This document shows, piece after piece, positions 38,576 to 46,222 of a stretch of DNA of 64,000 nt; positions within the stretch are counted from its first letter, which is position 1; each line of letters begins with the position of its first letter. Below the pieces are notes generated by a model, which saw only the letters and a program-made list of their open reading frames with translations, was not told the DNA's origin and ran no database searches. Where the stretch lies: NCBI GenBank assembly GCA_965221215.1, contig OZ244872.1:3288862-3352861 (forward strand), in the 5' to 3' direction. Source of the DNA: Candidatus Aldehydirespirator sp. GTDB lineage: Bacteria; Actinomycetota; Acidimicrobiia; Acidimicrobiales; Aldehydirespiratoraceae. The translations under genes were made by a program, and so were the position numbers.

Positions 38576-40345
38576 TCACCCCGCGTCCGGCCGTTGCGGC
38601 GGGTTGACGTGGACGGTGACGATCTCGAGTTCGTGGTACTGCTGGTGGACCACGGAAGTGGCGAAGTGTCGCAGGAGCCGCAGCGATACGTCGCGCTCCA
38701 CCGGTCTGGCGGGGGCCGGCTCGTCGAGCAGGGCCAGGCGATCCTCGATGTTCTCACCTCGGGCCGCGGCCACGAACTCGAGCACGGCCCGCCCGTCCTG
38801 CTTGCTGGCCGTGATGCGCAGCGAACGCCCGACATCGTCTCTGTCAGGATCCTCAGAGTCGAGCAGCGTCAGCAGCGTCTCCTCGGCGACTGCGTTCAGC
38901 CGCAGCGACATCGGCATCCCCCAGCCGTGGCTGGTCGCGACCCCGTCCAGGAACTCGCGGATGCGAGGCAGTTCCGCGATGGCCAGATCGGCTCGCAGCC
39001 GCTGGCGCCGGGGCTGGGTTAGCTCCATGAACAGCGTCAGCACGATCGCCGCTAGGCCGCCCGCGGTCATGCCGTTCTCTAGGAGTCCGCCCGCGAACCC
39101 CTCCAGATACTCGGGGAAGATCACGCCGTTCTGGAAGCCGACGCCGATCCAGAACGAGACTCCCGCGATCAGGCCCTTGCGGTAGTCGGAGGCTTCCTCG
39201 ACGACGATCCTCATGCCGACCACGAAGAGCATGGCCATCAGCACCGTCACGTAGGCGGCGACCACCGCGTCGGGCACGGCCAGTACCAGGGCCAGGAACT
39301 TGGGCACCAGTGCCATCGCGATGAACGAGGTGCCTATGGCGACGCCGACGCGGCGGGAGGCGACGCCGGTCAACTCGGTGATGGACACGCTGTTGGAATA
39401 GGTCGTGTTGGGAACGGTGCCGGCCAGCCCCGACAGCAGGTTGCCGGCGCCGTCGGCGGCCACCGCCCCCTGCACGACGCGATAGTCCACCGCCCGGGGG
39501 TTCCGCCACGACACCCGCTGGATGGCCACCGAGTCGCCGAGGGTCTCGATGGCGCCGATGAGGGTGACCAGGATGAAGGCGGGCAGCAGGCTCCAGAATG
39601 TCGAGCCGAACGAGAGGTCGAGGCCGGGCCAACCCTCATCGGGCAGGCCGATCCAGGGTGCTTCGGCCACCCGATCGATGTCGTACAGCCCGAAGAGGGC
39701 AGCGGTGATCGAGCCGGCCACGACGCCGATGACCGGAGCCCACATGCGCAGGCTGCCCGAGGACTTCAGCGCGATGGCGACAATCACGATCAAGGTGGCC
39801 AGCGTGCTGGTCGGCCCGCTCCATTCGGAACTGCCTTCGGGCGAGGCCGCCACCATGTCGAACACGAGCGGCATGACCGTCACTGCGATCAGCATCAGCA
39901 CCGTGCCCGCCACCGTGGGTGTCAGCAGTCGCCGGAACAGCGACAGCCTGGCGGCTAGAAGGAACTGGAACAGCGAAGACGCCACCACGAGCGTGGCCAG
40001 CAGTCCGGGGCCTCCCTGCACCAGCGCGGTCACGCACACTGCGATGAACGCGCCCGAAGTTCCCATCAGCAGCACGTATCCCGCGCCGATGCGCCCGAAC
40101 CGCACTGCCTGCATGATCGTGCTGACACCGCTGACCGCGGCAGCCGCGAACACCGCCCACATCAGGTACGAGTCGCTCCCGCCTGCCGCTCGGATGATGA
40201 TCGCCGGGGTCAAGACGATGCCCGCGATGGTCAGGATCGCGAACTGCAGGCCCATGCCCGCGGTCAGCGCGAGCGGCGGCCGGTCGTCGGGCTCGAAGCG
40301 GACATGCCGCGACCCGGCGGATGAGTCGTGTTTCACGTCAAGCAT
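38576..40345 (-). CDS. NCS2-family nucleobase/solute permease with an extra cytoplasmic C-terminal domain of about 150 aa
   Basis: About 12 TM segments with an xanthine/uracil-permease-like pattern. The C-terminal soluble domain includes SLRLNAVAEETLLTLL. ATG 40345 chosen; the track start is 40429. Confidence 0.75.
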   Translation of the reverse strand: MLDVKHDSSAGSRHVRFEPDDRPPLALTAGMGLQFAILTIAGIVLTPAIIIRAAGGSDSYLMWAVFAAAAVSGVSTIMQAVRFGRIGAGYVLLMGTSGAFIAVCVTALVQGGPGLLATLVVASSLFQFLLAARLSLFRRLLTPTVAGTVLMLIAVTVMPLVFDMVAASPEGSSEWSGPTSTLATLIVIVAIALKSSGSLRMWAPVIGVVAGSITAALFGLYDIDRVAEAPWIGLPDEGWPGLDLSFGSTFWSLLPAFILVTLIGAIETLGDSVAIQRVSWRNPRAVDYRVVQGAVAADGAGNLLSGLAGTVPNTTYSNSVSITELTGVASRRVGVAIGTSFIAMALVPKFLALVLAVPDAVVAAYVTVLMAMLFVVGMRIVVEEASDYRKGLIAGVSFWIGVGFQNGVIFPEYLEGFAGGLLENGMTAGGLAAIVLTLFMELTQPRRQRLRADLAIAELPRIREFLDGVATSHGWGMPMSLRLNAVAEETLLTLLDSEDPDRDDVGRSLRITASKQDGRAVLEFVAAARGENIEDRLALLDEPAPARPVERDVSLRLLRHFATSVVHQQYHELEIVTVHVNPPQRPDAG

Positions 40346-40603
40346 GATCACCCACAGCGACCGCCACCACAAGCAACACGAGCCCACCACTCGACGTACT
40401 CCCACGCCGAGAAGCGATTCCGCGGCCACGAGCCTCGTTCCCGTTCATCGAGATCGGCCTGGAGTCGTTGGCTCCGGCGACAACACGACCGGCGGCCACA
40501 GACCCTCACGCTGCAATGCGCCCAGCAGCGCGGCGGTCCGCCGATTGCGACTCGCCAGGAAGGACACAGCACCCCAGTCGAGCGAACAGATAGTTCGCTG
40601 GTG

Positions 40604-40677
<74 letters not shown>

Positions 40678-40770
40678 GGGTTGCCGGAATGGGTTCGTCC
40701 GCCATGGTACTTGGGCTCGGCTGGCGTTGCGGGTGCGGCTGCTCGTGGTGCGGGCGTTGGTGAACTGGGG

Positions 40771-41130
40771 TCAGCAGGGGGGTATGGCGGCCGCGGCTCG
40801 GGTCTTGAGGCCGCGGCCGAGGCCTTCGTCGTAGGCGACTACCCGGTCTGCGGTGGCCGGGGTCAGGCTCTTCCACAGGACTGGGCTCCACGCCACCTGC
40901 GCCGATACGACTACACCGGCGTCGGCTTCGGCGCAGGCCTCGACGCCCTCGGTCTCGGGCGGCGCGCACCCCTCGTGAGTGATGCAACTGGCCACGAAGT
41001 TGGTTGCGGCGTGCTCGGCCCGGATCTCGGCCAGGTCGGCGGCCGCGGCGTGAGCCGCGTGGTCGCGCAGCGAGACCGCCATGGCGGTGACCATGGCGGC
41101 CAGCATCAACACCAGCACCGGGACAGTCAT
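40771..41130 (-). CDS. TadE-like/pseudopilin-like protein 3 of Tad-like locus 2
   Basis: 119 aa. N-terminal hydrophobic helix MTVPVLVLMLAAMVTAMAV, then a small Cys-containing domain. Last gene of the operon. Confidence 0.5.
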   Translation of the reverse strand: MTVPVLVLMLAAMVTAMAVSLRDHAAHAAAADLAEIRAEHAATNFVASCITHEGCAPPETEGVEACAEADAGVVVSAQVAWSPVLWKSLTPATADRVVAYDEGLGRGLKTRAAAAIPPC

Positions 41131-41140
41131 CGGAGTCTCA

Positions 41141-41506
41141 TTACGACGCGGGGCAGGCGACCCGCGCGTTTGCTGAAGCGGCCGGCCGGGCCTGGGCGTA
41201 GCCGGTGAAGCACACCCGGTTGCCCGACACGTCGCACTCCACGGTTACCGTTGCCGACTGGCCCGCGCTGATCACGTCGATGTCCGAGTTGGTTTCGTTG
41301 CAGGCGGAGAGCGTCGCTCCAAGAGCGATCCGTTCGCCGGTGTCGGCTGCTTCGAGACCGGTTGCCTGCGAGGCTGCCTGGGCGGCCAGCTCGGCCGCGA
41401 CCGCGGTGCGGGCCTGGCCGTTGGAGAAGCCGCCCACAAGGGCCACCGCCCACAGCGCCAGCGCCACCACAGGAGATGCCAACACCAGCGCCACTGCCTC
41501 ATCCAT
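41141..41506 (-). CDS. TadE-like/pseudopilin-like protein 2
   Basis: Start at MDEAVALVLASPVVALALWAVALVGG, followed by a Cys-containing beta-rich tail. The track ORF is longer (to 41590). Confidence 0.5.
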   Translation of the reverse strand: MDEAVALVLASPVVALALWAVALVGGFSNGQARTAVAAELAAQAASQATGLEAADTGERIALGATLSACNETNSDIDVISAGQSATVTVECDVSGNRVCFTGYAQARPAASANARVACPAS

Positions 41507-41653
41507 CGTGCCGACCCTCCAGACAAGGCCAGACGACCGCGGAACGACCTGCCTGCGCCCGGGTGCGATCATTCTGTGAGCGCAGAGCACAGCCCGAGCG
41601 GCCCGCGAGCGGCGAGGACATTGCCGTCACCGCAAGGGCCTCGCGCCTTTTGA

Positions 41654-42070
41654 TCAGCATGGTGGTGCTAGGGCCCAGCCGGTGGCGTAGGCGGCCCGCG
41701 ACGGCCGGCACGCCACCGCGGTGGCTTCCAGCCAGCGGTGGGCGCCCGCCGCGCCGACGGTGACGGTGGCCACCACCGTGCACGACGGCTCGGCGGTGAG
41801 CGTGTAGCCCGTCGCGGTGGCGGCCGAGCGGGCCCCGGCGCGGGAGGCCGCGGCCTGAGCCGCGGCCTCCTCGGCATCGGCCCAGCCGGTGTGGGTGTCG
41901 GTGCAGTCCCAGCCAGCTCCGTCGAGCACCTGAGCCGCGGCGGTGGCTGCGGCCACTGCCGCGGTGGATGCGGTGATGCGGGCCACCTGATGGAGGTATA
42001 CGCCGAAGCTGACCGCCACCACCACGAAGATCATCGCGGTGGTCCGCAGCGCCCCGAAGGCTGTGTCCAT
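41654..42070 (-). CDS. TadE-like/pseudopilin-like protein 1
   Basis: 138 aa. N-terminal helix TTAMIFVVVAVSFGVYL. Ala/Thr-rich domain with 3 Cys. Confidence 0.5.
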   Translation of the reverse strand: MDTAFGALRTTAMIFVVVAVSFGVYLHQVARITASTAAVAAATAAAQVLDGAGWDCTDTHTGWADAEEAAAQAAASRAGARSAATATGYTLTAEPSCTVVATVTVGAAGAHRWLEATAVACRPSRAAYATGWALAPPC

Positions 42071-42118
42071 CGCCGGTGTGCCCCCGACCGCTCAGCGACT
42101 CGACTGGAGTCGAACCGG

Positions 42119-42325
42119 CTAGCTGCACGTCTTGGAGCTGGCCGACCAAGTGCCCCCGACGGCCTTGCACAGGTTCTCGTGCTTGATCTGCGACCGGTCG
42201 GTGTCGGGATTGCGCTTGGTGTCGGGCGTGTTGTTGCCGACAATCTGCCAGGTGAACAGCACAACCGCGGCTGTGATGGCAATCGTGGCGGCGAGCATGA
42301 TGATCTTGGCAACTGGTGAGTCCAT
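42119..42325 (-). CDS. small pilin-like protein (68 aa, non-Flp)
   Basis: Strong RBS GAAGGAGG 9 nt upstream. N-terminal helix AKIIMLAATIAITAAVVLFTW. C-terminal Cys pair (C53, C67). No G/xxxxEY site. A 6-bp hairpin at 42096-42112 follows the stop. Confidence 0.55.
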   Translation of the reverse strand: MDSPVAKIIMLAATIAITAAVVLFTWQIVGNNTPDTKRNPDTDRSQIKHENLCKAVGGTWSASSKTCS

Positions 42326-42382
42326 GGGAGATGCCTCCTTCGTGGTGTTCGTTGGAATGTTGGGAGCGGCGAAGAGCGGTGC

Positions 42383-43105
42383 TCACACGCCGATTTGGAT
42401 GCTGGCCAGCAGCGCGATCACAACGACCGCGCTGGCGGCTATCGCCGCGAGGGTGCCGGTGCCGGCCACCGAGCGGCCCAGGGCCTCAATGCGCACCCGC
42501 CGATGGTCTTCGAGGGCGTGCACGGCCTGGGCAATGAGCCGGTCGATCAGACCGGAGGCTGCGGCCCCGCCCCGCTCGGCCGCGGCCAGCGTGCTGACCA
42601 GCGTCTCGGCCGCAGAGCCGGAGAAGTGAGCCGACGCGGCTCCCAAGGGATCGGTCCCCGAGGCCAGGGCGAGGTTGATGCTGGTGGCGGCGGGAGCGAA
42701 GGCGGGTGCCTCCACCCGCTCGGCGGCCTCGACCGCGGCGTCGTTGATGGGACGGCCCGCGGCCACGTACAGGCGGATGCGGCGCAGCCACTCCAGCATG
42801 GCGGCGTCGCGGCGGGCCCGATAGCCCGACAAGACCACGCCGCGCAGTAGCGGCGAGACGGCCACCGGAACCCACCAGACCACCGCCACCGCGGCCAGGG
42901 CCCCGATTCGGTAGCCCGCCATGACCGTCCCGGCGGCCAGCACCACAGCTGCCGCCACACCGCCAGCCGCGGCCGAGGCGGCCCGCAGCCGGTGCGGCGG
43001 CCATCCCGCGGCCGCAAGCTCGACGGTGTTGGCTCGCCGGGGCGGGTCGGTTAGCACCATCCGCAGCGCTGCCGCCGCACCCGACAACGCAGTGAGCCAC
43101 ATCAT
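42383..43105 (-). CDS. TadC-like platform protein (T2SSF-like)
   Basis: 240 aa with TM segments at both ends. The central soluble repeat pattern LEWLRRIRLYVAAGRPINDAAVEAA...AETLVSTLAAAERGG is typical of T2SSF. Confidence 0.6.
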   Translation of the reverse strand: MMWLTALSGAAAALRMVLTDPPRRANTVELAAAGWPPHRLRAASAAAGGVAAAVVLAAGTVMAGYRIGALAAVAVVWWVPVAVSPLLRGVVLSGYRARRDAAMLEWLRRIRLYVAAGRPINDAAVEAAERVEAPAFAPAATSINLALASGTDPLGAASAHFSGSAAETLVSTLAAAERGGAAASGLIDRLIAQAVHALEDHRRVRIEALGRSVAGTGTLAAIAASAVVVIALLASIQIGV

Positions 43106-43169
43106 CTCGAGCCTCTCAAGATCCCAGCCGCGGCGAGTCTCCGTCGCGGGCGCTGACCCGGAGCCGGGC

Positions 43170-43982
43170 TCATTGCAGACCTCCGTAGCGCGACGCTGCC
43201 CGGGCGGGCAGCAGGACGCGGGCGCTCAGGGCCGCGACGACTGCGGCGCCGGCCATCAACAAGGCGGCGCCCCGGCCGCCAGCCAGCCACGCGCCCACAT
43301 CGGCGGCGACCTGTCCCGCTCCGGCCACCAGTCCGGCACCCAACAGCACAACCAGGGCCACGGTGGGCATGGCCACCGCCACCCGAGCGTGGAACAGCCG
43401 GGCGGTGGCTGCGGTCTGGGAGGCCTCGGCTTCGAGCACGGCCACGGTCTCGGCCCAGCGACCGCCGCCCTCGGCTGAGATGGAGATTAAGTCGGCCAGG
43501 GAGCGGGCCACAGCCGAGGGCACCCGGGCCGCGAACCGCTCGGCGGCGACATCCACCCCGACGTTCTCGCAGTCGGCAGCCATCGCCACCGCGGCCGCGC
43601 CGACCGGTCCGCTCACCAGCGGGGCTGCCCTGGCCACCGCGTCGGAGGCGGTCACCGCCACTGCGGCCTGGTTGGTCAGCACGCTCGCGAATCGAGCCAC
43701 TCCCTCGGCGATCGCGACCCTTCGCCTCGACACCACCAGCACCTTCACCGCGGCCGTGCAAACGACTGCACAGATCGCGGCCGCGGCCGCGTGGCCCGCC
43801 GATAGGCCCAGCACGATCAAGGCGGTGCCGCTCGCGGCGGCAGCCGGCAACTCCGCGGGGACTCGAGTCCGGCGACGGCCTTCCCTTGACCGCAGCGACC
43901 AGCGAGTCCCGCTCGCGGGCCACAACATGATGGCCACCCCGATAGCGCCGCCCGCAACGATGATCCATCCCGAGGCGCTCAT
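43170..43982 (-). CDS. TadB-like platform protein (T2SSF-like)
   Basis: ATG 43982 overlaps the ATPase stop (ATGA). N- and C-terminal TM segments. Central pattern VARFASVLTNQAAVAVTASDAV...LADLISISAEGGG. Confidence 0.6.
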   Translation of the reverse strand: MSASGWIIVAGGAIGVAIMLWPASGTRWSLRSREGRRRTRVPAELPAAAASGTALIVLGLSAGHAAAAAICAVVCTAAVKVLVVSRRRVAIAEGVARFASVLTNQAAVAVTASDAVARAAPLVSGPVGAAAVAMAADCENVGVDVAAERFAARVPSAVARSLADLISISAEGGGRWAETVAVLEAEASQTAATARLFHARVAVAMPTVALVVLLGAGLVAGAGQVAADVGAWLAGGRGAALLMAGAAVVAALSARVLLPARAASRYGGLQ

Positions 43983-45616
43983 TGCGGAGCTCCGTTGCGG
44001 TCTGCGGCGCTCGAGTCGCCGCCCACCAGCTGCAGGGCGGTCCGGCGGGGCTCGGCCTGTGGGGCAGGGCAGTGAACGGTTACGGCTGCCGACCGGTAGA
44101 CGTCGGCCATCCGGCCCACGGGCTGCTCTACCGGCGCGGCCCACCGCTCCCCGGGCTGCAGCCGCCACAGGCCGCGGGTCGAGATCGCGCCGTCGGCGCC
44201 GGTTCCGATGATCTGGGTCACATCCGCGATCACCCGCTCGCCGGCGTGGTTGCGGCCCATCCACACCAGCAGATGCACCGCGATGGCTATCGACCGGCGG
44301 GCCAGGCTCTCATCGGCGCCCTCGGAGGTGGCGTAGGCGGTGAGCTTCTCCATCACTCCGTCGCCGGGCGGGGAGTGCAGCGTGACGATGCAGCCGTCGA
44401 GCCCCGACGACATGGCGTCGAGCAGGGCCATCGTGCCCTCTCCCCGCACCTCGCCCACCACCAGCTTGGAGCTGTTGGCCCGCTTGGCGTCGCGTACATG
44501 GTCGGCCATCGAGTGCTTGCCCACGCCGTCGTTGTTGGCATCGCGGGTGAGCCGCTCGTAGGCGTTGGGATGGATGCCGTACTCGCGCAGCCGCAGCTCG
44601 GGGGTGTCCTCGATGGTGTCGACCCGCTCCTCGGGCGGAACCCTCGCCAGCAGCGCCTGGCACAGGGTGGTCTTGCCGCCTCCCATCGCCGCCGCCACCA
44701 CCACATTGGCCCGCACATCGCCGGCGATGGCCTCCACCAGCACGTCGGCCAACTGCTCGCTGCACAGTCCCAGCTCGGCGAGGCTGCGCTGGCCGCCCAG
44801 GTTGCTCCGCAGCACCAGCGTCGGCGGCGAGCAGACGAAGGCCTCGGCGTGCAGTCGCCACCGATCGCCGACGCGGGTGTCGAGGCGGGGATCCAACTCG
44901 TCGAAGCGCTGCGGGCGCTCGCCGGAGTAGGCGGCCAGGAACCGGCACGCTCCGATGAGCTCGTCGTCGCTCGAGAACGGGGACGGGCGACTCTGCCGCT
45001 CGCCGTTGGAGAACTCGACCACCATCGACTCGCCGCCCCGGATCTGGAACTCCTCCACGTCGTCCTCGTCGAGCATCTCCCGCAGCCGCCGGGCGGCCGC
45101 CGCCGAAGCGGACTCGCGCCGCACGGCCCGGTCGGTGCTGTCCATCCGCTGCGGCGCGGCGGCTAGCGAGCCCAGCGAGCGACCCAGACGGCGCAGCGCC
45201 CGCTCCGAGCGCCGCGTGGGCATCGGCGTCACTGCTCGCACCACTTGGGCGCCGGCCAGCAGCCGTACCTCGGCGGCGTCCACCACCTGGTCTGCCATCA
45301 CAACCAGGGCCAACGGCACTCGGGCTGCGGATCCGGTGCTCAGGTGCAGCCTGCCCCGCAGCCCGCGCCCGGTGCCGACAGTGACCCACAGCACTCCGGC
45401 CGCCGCCGACGCGGTGGAGCGCAGCACGCTGTCGTCGGCGAAGGCGTCGACGCTGACCACGGTGGCCCGGTGCGCGGCGGTTGCCACAGCCCGGTCGGCC
45501 AGCGACTCGCCCACCACAACGTCGGCAACCGACGATCGCACCCCGTCGATAACCGTGCGCACCACCCAGCCGGCGGCGTGCGGGTCGAGAGTGCGGTCAG
45601 CCGAGATCATCAACAC
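43979..45616 (-). CDS. CpaF/TadA/VirB11-family secretion ATPase with an N-terminal extension of about 190 aa
   Basis: 545 aa. Walker A AAAMGGGKTTLCQAL, Walker B/Asp box KLVVGEVRGEGTMALLDAM, His box GCIVTLHS. RBS GGGGAG before the GTG. Confidence 0.85.
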   Translation of the reverse strand: MLMISADRTLDPHAAGWVVRTVIDGVRSSVADVVVGESLADRAVATAAHRATVVSVDAFADDSVLRSTASAAAGVLWVTVGTGRGLRGRLHLSTGSAARVPLALVVMADQVVDAAEVRLLAGAQVVRAVTPMPTRRSERALRRLGRSLGSLAAAPQRMDSTDRAVRRESASAAAARRLREMLDEDDVEEFQIRGGESMVVEFSNGERQSRPSPFSSDDELIGACRFLAAYSGERPQRFDELDPRLDTRVGDRWRLHAEAFVCSPPTLVLRSNLGGQRSLAELGLCSEQLADVLVEAIAGDVRANVVVAAAMGGGKTTLCQALLARVPPEERVDTIEDTPELRLREYGIHPNAYERLTRDANNDGVGKHSMADHVRDAKRANSSKLVVGEVRGEGTMALLDAMSSGLDGCIVTLHSPPGDGVMEKLTAYATSEGADESLARRSIAIAVHLLVWMGRNHAGERVIADVTQIIGTGADGAISTRGLWRLQPGERWAAPVEQPVGRMADVYRSAAVTVHCPAPQAEPRRTALQLVGGDSSAADRNGAPQ

Positions 45617-46214
45617 GGTCGGGCTCCCCTTCGTTGGGCGGCGCGGGCGGACATCCTGGCCAGCCCGCGGCGGGCGATTCCCATATCCACCACACCGTCG
45701 GACCCAGCACTGCGGCCAGTTGCGGCCCGGCCTCGACTACCACGGTGCCCTCGCCCACCAGCACCACCGGCAGCACCGCCGCGGCGCAGCCGCCCGGCTT
45801 GGCGGCCAACACTGCAGCATCGCCGGCTCTGGGTCCCGGCTCGGGCCACAGCGACGGGTCGACCGCCACGGCCAGCAGGGCAGCCGACAGATCCGAGGCT
45901 GCGGGCACAGCCGAATCGGCCATCAGGGCTGCAGACACCACTGTGCCGGCCGGAACGGCCACTGCCGGCACCCGGTCGGCCAACTGGTCGGGGGTCACGA
46001 ACAGAGCGGCCGACTCCTCGGGCAACTCCACCATCACGTATTCGCCCGGCTCGCGTCCTGGGGACCAGTCCTCGGCTGTGGCCACGACCTGCACCGTCGT
46101 CTCGGGCTCGGTGCGTCCGAACAGCAACACCGACAGCACAACCACCACAACGATCACGGCAGCGGCGGTGAACCGCCGGGCTTGGCCCGACATCTGGGAG
46201 GGGTTGGTGCCCAT
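45597..46214 (-). CDS. CpaB/RcpC-like pilus assembly protein (TM + SAF-like domain)
   Basis: 205 aa. N-terminal TM RRFTAAAVIVVVVVLSVLLFG. SAF-like VQVVATAEDWSPGREPGEYVMVELPEE...VPAGTVVSAALM. AGGAG RBS. The track ORF is over-extended. Confidence 0.55.
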   Translation of the reverse strand: MGTNPSQMSGQARRFTAAAVIVVVVVLSVLLFGRTEPETTVQVVATAEDWSPGREPGEYVMVELPEESAALFVTPDQLADRVPAVAVPAGTVVSAALMADSAVPAASDLSAALLAVAVDPSLWPEPGPRAGDAAVLAAKPGGCAAAVLPVVLVGEGTVVVEAGPQLAAVLGPTVWWIWESPAAGWPGCPPAPPNEGEPDRVDDLG

Positions 46215-46222
46215 CGCTGCTC

